Shown here piece after piece: positions 14,643 to 26,263 of a DNA stretch of 64,000 nucleotides; position 1 is the stretch's first letter; each line of letters starts with the position of its first letter. The notes below the pieces were generated by a model. That model was given only the letters and a program-made list of their open reading frames with translations, was not told the origin of the DNA and searched no databases. Both the position numbers and the translations under genes were made by a program. The stretch comes from Eledone cirrhosa (Eukaryota), in the NCBI GenBank assembly GCA_964016885.1, contig OZ024743.1:101246001-101310000 (forward strand), written 5' to 3'.

Positions 14643-16095
14643 TCTGAGGCAATTTCTTGGTTCCAAGAATTACCCGAAAAATATCACACTCGCTTCTTGC
14701 AACTCAACATAGAAGACTACTATGCTTCTATCTCAGAGCCCCTCCTGAAGGACGCACTTACTTTTGCCAGGAACTTTACCACCATAACTGACGCTGAGCA
14801 AGATGTAATCCTGCATGCCCGTAAGACCTTCCTACACCACGAGGGATCTTACTGGATCAACAAGAAGTCTCAGACCCCATTTGACGTCAGCATGGGAGCG
14901 AGTGATTCGGCTGAAATAAGCGACCTCGTGGGCCTGAACATTTTACATCACATGAAGAACCTCTTTACTGGCCTCACTGGAGGTTTATACCGAGACAATG
15001 GCCTCTTCGCTTTGCACAAGGTTAACCCCAGAATCACTGATGGGTTGCAGAGAAACTTAAGCTCGTTCTTCCATAATCTAGGATTTAGTATAACCATAGA
15101 ATCTAATATGACTAGGGCCAACTTTTTAGACGTCACCATCGACCTAGATACTTTATTACCCGTAGAGTCTATTACCCGTACCACAAACCTAACGAGTCCC
15201 TTAGATATATTAATGTTAATTCTAACCCCCCCCCCCAAACATCACTGATAACTTAGTAAAAAGCGTCTCAATTAGAATCTCTGGCCTCTCGGCCAATGAA
15301 GATATATTTAACGCCTCCGCCTCCTACTACAATGACGCCCTCGCCCGCAGCGGATTTAAAGAAAAGATAACTTACCTAGAAACCACCGCAAGACTACCTA
15401 GGAGGAATAGGGATAGGCAGATTAGTTGGTACAACCCCCGCCCCCTCAATAGAGAGGTCTCTACACCTATAGCTAGGACTTTCTTCACTTTGCTGAACAC
15501 ACACTTCCCCATACAACATAGGTACTACACCATCTTCAATAAGAACACAATAAGACTCTCCTACTCCACTACACCTAACCTAGCTAGGAATATAGCCAAT
15601 CTCAATTCTAAAAAATTAAATAAGCCAACTGCCCCCGAACCCAATTTGAAGCCTTGTGCAATTGCCTAAATAAGGAAGCCTGCCCACTTGAAAACAAATG
15701 CCTGACAAATGATATCGTATACAAATGTGATATCATCTCAGGCACCGATGATAGCAACAACAAAAAGACTTACATCAGCATGACTTCCAATAATTTTAAG
15801 ACACGGTGGTATGCCCATAACCACTCCTTCAGAAGACCGGACAAATCAAATCAGACACTCGCCTCCTATGTCTGGGAACACAAAAGGAACTCCACCCCAC
15901 CACACCCTTCACGCTTAAATGGAAAATACTCCAGAAATCGCGCTCATACAAGGGAGGACACAAGTACTGCGACCTTTGTATCTCAGAGAGCTACGAAATA
16001 TTATTTGCCAAGGGCCCGCTACTGAACAAACGCTCTGAACACTGCCAGAATTATATGCACAAAAACTTTGCAACTTTCAAATACCTTAAGCTAGT
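14643..16095 (+). pseudogene. Penelope-like (Naiad-type) RT plus GIY-YIG, 5'-truncated and frameshifted
   Basis: QLNIEDYYASIS, FDVSMGASDSAEISDLVGL, GGLYRDNGL, NFLDVT, CNC..CPL..CL..IVYKC..TYISMT..FKTRW. Confidence 0.85.
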
Positions 16096-16416
16096 GTTAA
16101 TGCCAGATGGCTAAAAGAGATTCCCTTTTTTTTTAAACCCCACTCGACAAAATACGCTCCACCTCCTTCCCACCCTAATCTTACTCCCTCTCGACCCGAA
16201 ACACGGCACTATGGTCATATAAGTAATTCTTACCTATCTGCTCTTTCCGCATGTAGAGAGTACTTCATCTTAATACTGTATATATGTGTGTGTGTGTATT
16301 TGTGTATATTTATGAGTGTATGTATGTACGTATTTGTATGAGTGGCCGTACGATTGTATGCGTATGTTTGTGTGTACGTGCGTTTATATGTATTTACGTA
16401 TATGTGTATGTGTGTG

Positions 16417-16486
<70 letters not shown>

Positions 16487-16487
16487 A

Positions 16488-16554
<67 letters not shown>

Positions 16555-16787
16555 ATATATAAATTAATAAAATAATGAATAAACAAAGAAACAGTTCCTT
16601 ATATTAAAAAATTCATCATTTTACGATCGTTTCCAGGATATATATGTTAGTGTTGGTATGCATATCCTATAGATCTATGTAAAATTTTTACAAACTATCA
16701 GAGGGAATATACATACCTACACATATATATGCTGTCTTCAGAAATATTGATTGGACACTACCGTACATTTTGGTAGATTTATCTACA

Positions 16788-16994
<207 letters not shown>

Positions 16995-17450
16995 TTGTGT
17001 ATATATATATATTTGTGTATATATTCACACAAAAGGTACTTTAGGGGTCTCGTAGTATTTCTATAACTCTAAGTTATGGGAAACTAAATCACTTGTTCTA
17101 TATAGTGACTAATGCATAACTTCCTCTATTGCTTTTGTGTGCTTTAATTTTTTAATTATTTATTTTCCTTTTTATATTATTATTTTTTTTTAACTTTATT
17201 ATTATTACATTTTTTAACTATCTTTAAATGCTTTATTTGTTTTTGTGTACCCACACGTGCCTCCGTCTCTTGTGAGAAAATCTGCCTATATCCTCATATG
17301 TAGCCGTAATGTTGAATAACAACTCCATTACGCACTCTCTCCATCCTTTCCATGTCCAATCTCCTTCTTATTATCCTGTACTATATATCTAATGTTCGCG
17401 CGACTAAGCTCGGTAGAGCTTATACTCAGCACTATATTTTTGTTTATAAA

Positions 17451-17495
17451 GCTCTGATGATTCCTCCCCCACGGTATGGATGAAACATTGTCAGC
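17451..17495 (+). ncRNA. Minimal type I hammerhead in a solo PLE pLTR (about 17035-17540)
   Basis: GCT-CTGATGA-TTCC..GGAT-GAAAC-ATT-GTC-AGC, followed by AATAAA and a (TA)n tract. Confidence 0.7.
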
Positions 17496-17536
17496 GAATA
17501 AAAATTATGAGTATGTAGGCGTTCTTTGATTTCTTT

Positions 17537-17577
<41 letters not shown>

Positions 17578-18310
17578 TTTTGATTTGGCCTGAGATGAAT
17601 ATTTCCAGATACCTTTTAAGCGTAGCTTTCCGTATTTATTATTATTATGAAATATTGATCGTTATTCTGGTATCATATCTCTGTTTTTAGCCTAAGAAAA
17701 TAGCTATATGCGTGTGTAATTAATACATGCATACATTTATTTTTTAAAAATCTAATTGAGTTCTTCACACGCAGGGTTAAAAATGTTGAAAAAATTAATT
17801 GACCCACGTGTAAATTATTTTACTTTCTTGTGTTTCGCGATTGCCTCCCTTTTCCGCTTCATGACGCTGTGAGATTCCTCATTCTGAGACTGCTGGAATT
17901 TCAAATTTGGCGGTCATTATGATGCGGAGAGGGACCATAGCTGACACGAAATTTTAACATCGGTAAGAGAGTTTTTCTTATATCGATGTTTTACGGGCAT
18001 CCACTGATGATTTATAAGTGCCCACCTGCATATGTTCCTACGGAAAGATATGCAGGCTTCTACATAACCCGGACACATTCTCCCAACTTGTAGAAAACTT
18101 ATAATGAAACAATTGTTTGGAAAGGGAGATATATTTTAATTTTAATTATGCCTCATATAAAATAATACAACTGGCTTTCCGCAAAATACATATGGTTAGC
18201 ACCCCAAACGTTAAATTGGGATTATACTAAGGTATATCCTAATGTTTGTTGAGTGAGATGGATGGAGGCCAGTCAGAGTATAGCTTAAGGCTTTCTCTGT
18301 TAATGTATTG

Positions 18311-18425
<115 letters not shown>

Positions 18426-18726
18426 TGTATGTATATATATTTATATATGCGTATATGTATGTATGTAAGTATATATATATATATATTTAGGTGTGTATGT
18501 ACGTGTTTATATATTTTTATATTTTTATATGTATATATATGTGTGTATACATATATATATATATATGTGTGTGTGTGTATGTGTTTTTTATTTATATATG
18601 GGTGTATGTGTGTATATATGTGTATATATGTGTATATATGTGTTTTTATGTATATATAAATATATGTGTTTGTTTATATATATATGTATATGTGTGTGTA
18701 TGTGTGTATATATATATATATATGTA

Positions 18727-18843
<117 letters not shown>

Positions 18844-18949
18844 ATGTGTGTATATGTGTATATTTGTGTATGTGTATGTATATATGTAGTTTATTATATG
18901 AACAGAAAACAGAGAGGCAGTACAAATGATATGGTTTTTAGTTTCACAC

Positions 18950-18974
<25 letters not shown>

Positions 18975-18982
<8 letters not shown>

Positions 18983-19220
18983 AGATCAACAGATGGTTAA
19001 AAGAGTTCCATGTATTTTATTATGCGCATTTCAAAAACAAATATCATCATGCAATAACATTTGTGTTTTCATCAGATAAAATAGGAAGACATTATATGAA
19101 GGTTAAAAAACACTTGTGGATAGTGCAGTTTTAAATCAACATATGAAAAATAGTTTTAGATTGAAATGCGCATAATAAAATACATGGAACTCTTTTAACC
19201 ATCTTTTGATCTTATATATT
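18975..19220. mobile_element. Inverted PLE pLTR pair with hammerhead at 19015-19081 (minus strand)
   Basis: Minus strand TTTTAT-CTGATGA-long stem II-GAAA-TGCGCA-TA-ATAAAA. 18978-19035 and 19160-19218 are inverted arms. Confidence 0.75.
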
Positions 19221-19305
19221 ATGTATAATCCAGTCCTACAAACTGTAGAGTGCTTCTTATCCGATATCTGCATTGCTTTATTGTACTACAATAAAACTCA
19301 CCTCC

Positions 19306-19377
<72 letters not shown>

Positions 19378-19381
<4 letters not shown>

Positions 19382-19671
19382 AAAGTTCTATTTAAATTGT
19401 TGGGATACAACAAGCAAATATTTTTATGACTGATATAAAGCACTCGACAAGTATTTGCAACCGTTACTTTTGGAAGACATCAGGATATCTTCCTGATATC
19501 TTCCAAAAGTAACGGTTGCATTTTGAAAGGGTACGTCAATGTTTATTTATAAAACTGGTATATATTGTATTTTGTCTGATGAAGGCATACCATAATTTAA
19601 CTTGGTATCCTTGAAATATGTATAATGAAATAAATATGGTTTTATAAATATAGTTTCTATTTGTTAATATC

Positions 19672-19675
<4 letters not shown>
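19378..19675. mobile_element. PLE pLTR with internal inversion and hammerhead at about 19568-19631 (plus strand)
   Basis: CTGATGA-AGGCATACCA..TGGTATCCTT-GAAATATGTATA. Homologous to 56473-56745. Confidence 0.75.
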
Positions 19676-19731
<56 letters not shown>

Positions 19732-19796
19732 GTGTTTATATATGTGTGTGTATGTGTGTATATGTGTATGTATGTGTATGTATATATATATATGTG

Positions 19797-19861
<65 letters not shown>

Positions 19862-19866
<5 letters not shown>

Positions 19867-22800
19867 TAACAGATTAAAGTTTAAGCAAAGAATCGCTGCT
19901 TTCACCCTTAACGGGATCTTCTGAAACTGACAAAGTCAATCTGTAAACGCAGAAGTGAATATTTCAAAAAACGTTGCAACCGGAGGAAGACAGGAAGACG
20001 ATACTTTGGTTCGTGGAAACGTTCCCCGGCAAAGAACGGGAAAAAACGAATATAATACGTCATTATTTGGATCGGTGAAAAACAATTACACGCAAAGACA
20101 GAACCACGTTTATGGTATAAAAAAAAGTCGTAGACTAATATTCTCTTTCCCTCGGTTGAGCACTCTATTGCATGCAGAAACAACATCTGAATATTTCTAC
20201 AAAGAACATACCCGTACCAAGCAGGAAAACATACCTAAAACTCATGATACAGAAAACAGACGCGTTCATTAAAAGGTTGCGTTGGCGTGCCTTTTATTTT
20301 GATATCAAGTGGAGCGCAGTACTAACCATCAACTACTACATAATGCTGTAACTAAGGATTACCGTAAAACTAATCGGTGCGTCATCAATGAAGTCAACGA
20401 TGCTGGGTTTAAAATCACCTCTGATCTCAACATCCTGGACCGGGCCGAACTTCTGGACCCTATTTCTCCCCACTTTACCCTGAAGGATCACAAATCCAAT
20501 TTTCCCTCTATTCGGCTTATTAACCCTACGAAGTCCGATTTAGGTAGACTTAGTAAAAGGATTCTTGATAGAATTATACCTGAAATTAGAAGTTTGGCCC
20601 CTCTTGTACCGTGGAACAATTTTTTCGCGGTGATTGATTGGTTCAACGGCATATGCAACAAGGAACATTGCCATTTTATCCAATTCGACATCAATAATTA
20701 CTACTCCTCCATCACTTTACCACTTCTCCTTAGAGTTATCAATTTCGCTAAAACACTCACAGTGGTTAAGGATTTCGAAATTGATGTCATCCTCAATGCC
20801 CGTAAGTCGGTGATTAATTTCGACGACTCTATTTGGATAAAAAATCCAATAGTACCCCATTCGACGTGAGTATGGGCGCCAGCGATTCTGCGGAGGTTAC
20901 TGATCTTATCGGCCTTTTCCTTCTTTTCTCTATCAAGGACGAATTCCCAACGTGGGCGGTGGTTTGTACCGTGATGATGGTCTTTTGACCATGACTAAGT
21001 GCGGCCGTCGTGCTTGCGACAGATTCAGAAAAGAACTCACAGCCTTCTTTAAAGGCTTCAACCTCTCTATACAGGTTGAGGCCAACCTCTCGGCCGTTAA
21101 TTACCTCGACGTTACCCTCAATTTATCGAATGGCTTGTATTACCCGTATAGAAAGCCGAATGATACGCTTAATTACATAAGTAAGCATTCCAACCATCCT
21201 GCCAGCATAACCAAGAACCTGGTAAGAAACGTTTCGTTGAGGCTTTCCCGTCTATCTACTAACGAGCATATTTTCAACGACCATTCCACATATTACAATG
21301 AAGCTCTTGCTCGGAATGGATTTGTCGATAAGGTAGCATATACAGAGTACGAGAATAGACCTAGAAGATATAGATCCCGACGCATTATATGGTATAACCA
21401 ACCATATAATATGGAGGTGGCCACACCATTAGCTAAGATCTTTCTATCCCTTATTACGAAGCATTTTCCCCCTACACATAAATATAGTAAAATTTTTAAT
21501 AGAAATACTATTAAAATTTCTTACTCTACGACTCCTAACCTTGCACATAACATCACAGCTTCAAATTTAGCTAAACTACCTAGCCGTAGGAACACGTGCA
21601 ACCCTGTAGTTAGTACTAACTATAATTGTAGGAATCGGGTTGATTGCCCTCTATCCAGGAAATGCCTCTCTAGTAACATTGTCTACAAATGTAAGGTTGA
21701 AACACTCACGTCCCGTAGGGCCTACATAGGGTTAACCGCCAATAGATTCAAGCAGCGTCTTTACATGCATACCTATTCTTTTCGTTACCCTCTAAGAAGG
21801 AATATGACGTCACTTTTAGCTTATATATGGAGTCTAAAAGACAACCACACCCAATACAAGTTACACTGGGAGATCCTAGCTAGGGCTAGATCGTATAACG
21901 GAAATAAAAGACCATGTGACCTCTGCGTCGCTGAGGCCCTGGAAATACTCTACGCCACGGACCACATCTTAAACAAAAAATCTGAGGCAATTTCGGCTTG
22001 TAAACAAATTGCACAAAACTTTCCTGTATTACAGCCCCACATTATACCCTAACGGATAGTACGATCTATACGCGGATATTTTACGTCTTGATGTGGTAGC
22101 TAAGTATATGTTATGTTTATACTATTACTTATTTGCATAGGTAAGTATTTATTACCTGTATGTTTTGTGAAGGTACGTATACTTTCTCGTACGTATATTT
22201 GATTGTATATGTTATGACGTATATTTTTTTATATATTCTGGTACATACGCTTTTGGCTATGTGTATACGTGAGTTTTGCGTCTGTGCGAGTATGCGGGTT
22301 AGTACGTATGTAGGGTGTGTGTATATGTGTACTTCGTGTTTTGGTTGACGTATGTCTCCGAACATTTGTGTATTTACATGTAGGTATGTGTGTGCGCTTG
22401 TTATATACGTATTTATTTATTTATATACGTTTATTTAATTATTTGTATACACGCACACGCACACACACATATTTATATGTGCGTGTTTTTGTATACCTTT
22501 GGCGAGTGTTTTCGCGTATGCTTGTGTATGTACGTATTTGGATGCGTGTATGTATCTATTTAATTTCAATTACCTCTGTATTTTATCCTAAACGGACGGT
22601 AGTCCGTTTAGTAATATTGTTGTGGTCGTGTTTTCGTTGGCATTTACTTTATTCTTAACTCTGAAGCGGAATATCATTCGGTTTCCTAGTTAGAATTTTA
22701 GTCTACGACTTAAGTTATACCATTTACGTGGTTTTGTCTTTGCGTGCAATTGTTCTCCACGCTCCACATATGACGTATTATCTTCGTTTTATCCGTTCAT

Positions 22801-23115
22801 TGCCAAAGAACTTTGCTATGAACCACCTAAGAGAATATTAGTCTACGACTTCTTTTATACCATAAACGTGGTTCTGTCTTTGCGTGTAATTGTTTTTCAC
22901 CGCTCCAAATAATGACGTATTATATTCGTTTTTTCCCGTTCTTTGCCAGGGAACGTTTCCACGAACGAAAGTATCGTCTTCCTGTATTCCTCCGGTTGCA
23001 ACGTTTTTTGAAATATTCACTTCTGCGTTTACAGATTGACTTTGTCAGTTTCAGAAGATCCCGTTAAGGGTGAAAGCAGCGATTCTTTGCTTAAACTTTA
23101 ATCTGTTATTTTAAT
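19862..23115 (+). mobile_element. Penelope-like (Naiad-type) element with inverted pLTR ends
   Basis: 19862-20135 is the reverse complement of about 22840-23115. RT/EN remnants lie between them. Confidence 0.88.
20200..22052 (+). pseudogene. PLE RT plus GIY-YIG endonuclease, frameshifted
   Basis: RLRWRA, FTLKDHKSNF, RLINPTKSDLG, FIQFDINNYYSSI, GLYRDDGL, NYLDVTLNL, CPL..CL..IVYKC..AYIGLT..FKQR, CDLC. Confidence 0.9.
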
Positions 23116-23213
23116 AAATATTTGCTCTACGGTTCTTATATATTTGATATATATTTATCCTTATCTTTGGATTTTAGTCTTCAAATTTATTATTATTATT
23201 ATTATTATTATTA

Positions 23214-25501
23214 CTAAGGCTGTTCGATGGGCCCGCGTGGCGGAGGCGCAGCGTGGTAATAAAACCACAATTCGGTCTTTGGCGGACCGAGACGGACACG
23301 AGATAAGCGATTCCAAGCGGATGTGTGAGGCCTTTCGCCAGCACTTTGCTCGGTTGTTCAGGGAGAGTGGCAAGTCAGAGAGAGTAGCGGATTTCAGTCC
23401 CTACCTTGACGGCTTGCCGCACATCTCGACGGTCGACGCTGAGCGCTGCGAAAGGCCGATTACTTCAGCCGAAATTCAGGACGCCCTTGTCGGCTGCATG
23501 AGGCGCAAGTCACCCGGTTTGGATGGCCTGCCCTACGAGCTTTACGTAAATATGCCAGACTTGTTCTCCGAACTCCTCGAAACACTCTACTGCAACTGGC
23601 AGCAGAATGGGAGTATTCCCAGTTCTGTGAGCAGGGGAGTGGTGACGCTGATAAGGAAAGACGAGAACAAGAGGGATACATTAGACAACTTCAGGCCCAT
23701 AACTCTGCTCAACACAGAGTTTAAGATTTTGGCCAAGGTGTTAGCAAAGAGATTGGCGCTTGTCGTCGAGGATTTGGTTGGGGAGGCGCAAACTTGCGCA
23801 AACCCAGCCAGGTCCATACACGACAATCTCCACCTCATGCGATACATCATAGAGAGGGTAGGGTGTAAACCTGGCTTCGGTAGGGCACTGATCAATTTAG
23901 ATCAATCGAAAGCATTCGATAGGGTCGACCATCGGTATCTGGAGTTTGTCCTCAAAGCGGCTGGCTTCGGCCCTGTCTTTAGAAGCTGGATCGTTGCAAT
24001 GCACAGCGGCACACGCTCGGTGGTCAAGGTTAATGGCCACCTCTCGGAACCATTTCGGCTCTCCCGATCGGTCCGTCAAGGGTGCCCTCTCTCTTCCCTT
24101 CTGTACATATTGACTCTCGAGCCTTTACTGCGGAAGCTGGAGCTGTTGCAGGGCATCCCGCTCGAACCGGGACGTGGAAAGGCGGTGTCGGCTTATGCGG
24201 ACGACATCACCGTGATGGTGTCGAACACCTCAGAAATCGAGGTGGTCGGCACCTTACTGAAGGAATATGAAAGGTTGACAGGAGCCAAACTTAACCCGGA
24301 AAAATCGGTGGGCTTGCAGCTCGGAACCTGGAGAGGCAAGCCCATGCCGTCCAACAGCGTCGTGGGGCGCTGGACGGACGGACCGGTAAAGTTGCTCGGG
24401 GTTTGGTTCGGACTAGACCTCCAGGTGGAAAAGAATTGGGACGAGGTAACGAGCAGAGTAGCCAGTCTCACCCAAAAATGGGCTGGGAGGAAGCTATCAC
24501 TGAAAGGTCGCGCGGAGGTGGCGAATGCGTACATCGCGTCCGTCATCTACTACCGCCTAACCGTTGTGCCTTGCCCCCGTCCGCGCCTCGTCAAGTTGGA
24601 ACGGCTCCTCTTCAAATTCTTGTGGAGGGGACAAGTTCCGTTGGTGAGGCGGTCCATCTGCTGCCAGCACCCTCTACGCGGAGGGCTGGGCATGCCGTGG
24701 CTAATGATGCGCAGACATGTGTTGAGGCTGCGACATCTCCAGATATTCTGCCTCAATGGTGAACAGGTGTGGTCGCCGTTTATCAGACGGGCCTTTCCGC
24801 AGCTCATTTCTTTGACTGAGCTGCAGACCTGAGTCAAGAAGAGACCGAGACTGGGTGACTGGCACCTGGAATGTTGCCAGGCACTCACTGTCCTCTACCA
24901 AGCGGGCAATGCGATCAGTGGAACTTCCACTCTCGAGTTCTATAGAGGATTAGTGGTGGGCAAGTGCGATGACGCACTCGGAGAAGCTTTGGGCCTCGAC
25001 GAAGTCGAACTGACTAGTCTGTATCGGAGGACTTTTGAGCCGGGGACGATGGACAATTTCCAGAAATCCCTCGCTTGGCAGTGCTACCGGGGGGCACTGC
25101 CGGTTCGGGATAAACTCTACAGGCACGGAAGTGCTGTCAGACGGACCTGCTCAAGATGCGCACAGAACGACGAAACCGTTCAGCACGCACTTGTCCAATG
25201 TCCGTGCATTACTGACTTGTGGAGTTATGTCGAACAGCTACTGTCACGTGTGGAACGAATCCGGCTATCGGCCGAGTCCATAGTGAAGATCGAGCCGCCA
25301 CCTTCCTTACGTCAAGAAGAGCAGGACATTTTCCTCTGTCTGGTGGCAGTTGCGAAAGAGATTATATGGTGGACCAGGTTGAAAGGACTAAAGACAGACA
25401 CTTTTCTCTTCGGCCAATCCCTCATCAACTTCTTCAAGTTTCACCTGGAAAGGAGGGTGAGGGTGGAGAGAGAAGTGCTGCCCCCCCAGTACATTTGCTA
25501 A
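23214..25501 (+). pseudogene. Tx1/L1 ORF2 RT and zf-RVT region, interrupted by TGA at 24830-24832
   Basis: The homologous copy near 35290 has TGG (Trp) at this position, so this is a nonsense mutation. Confidence 0.85.
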
Positions 25502-25660
25502 AAGGTGGGTGAATGTGGCGAGAATGGCTCGTGTGAATGGGCCTACTCTGACCATGCACCTATAGGCTGGCTAACTTGAGGAGAGGGGTGCTCTCCCTGG
25601 GTGCCCTAGAAGCGCAGGGTGGTTCAGGATTGGTGGGGTACCCGAATCACCCCAGGGTAC
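23214..25660 (+). mobile_element. 5'-truncated L1/Tx1-clade LINE between (TAT)n tracts
   Basis: ORF2 motifs KSPGLDGL, FRPITLLN, LDQSKAFDRVDH, VRQGCPLS and AYADD, plus a C-terminal CxxC..ETVQHALVQC zinc finger. Confidence 0.9.
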
Positions 25661-25680
25661 AATTATTATTATTATTATTC

Positions 25681-25864
25681 AGTGGTGGATTGGCAGTATC
25701 GGTAGAGGGTCGGGCGCCATGCTTTCCAGCATAGTTACGTCGCTTTACGGTCTGAGTTCAAGTCCCGCCAAGGTTTACTTTGCCTTTCATCCTTACGGGG
25801 TCGATAAAATAAAGTACCAGTAATGCACTGGGTAATTGCTGGCCTTGTGCCTAAAGTAGAAACA

Positions 25865-25865
<1 letters not shown>
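25681..25865 (+). mobile_element. tRNA-derived SINE (CORE-type, cephalopod-like); further copies at 40140-40360 (+), 40415-40482 (-), 43125-43320 (+), 57410-57590 (-) and 63953-64000 (+)
   Basis: A-box-like TGGCAGTATCGG, B-box-like GAGTTCAAGTCC, shared GCCTTTCATCC..GGGTCGATAAAATAAAGTACCAG core and a (TAT)n tail. Confidence 0.8.
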
Positions 25866-25911
<46 letters not shown>

Positions 25912-25926
25912 ATATATATATATATA

Positions 25927-25957
<31 letters not shown>

Positions 25958-26169
25958 TAGAAAGTGAGGTTTTTTTTTTAACAAAATGAAAAATAACCGA
26001 GGTGTCCTACACGAGTGAAAGTATAAAGAAAAAAAGATGAAATCGAAAATGCAACTGGAGTCTTATTTTAAAAAAAATATATATATTTATTTGGTTCGTT
26101 TACCGGTTTCGCAGTTCTTCTGCTTTACAAAAGTAGAGTTGAGATGGAGGGTCTGTGGTTTTTCTCACA

Positions 26170-26260
<91 letters not shown>

Positions 26261-26263
<3 letters not shown>

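Noticed and set aside
17860-17970. Possible host first exon (ends CG|GTAAGA)
   Set aside because: Only a donor-like motif. No linked coding exons or homology could be supported.
24830-24832. Programmed UGA readthrough in the LINE ORF2
   Set aside because: The sister copy has TGG, so this is a simple nonsense mutation.
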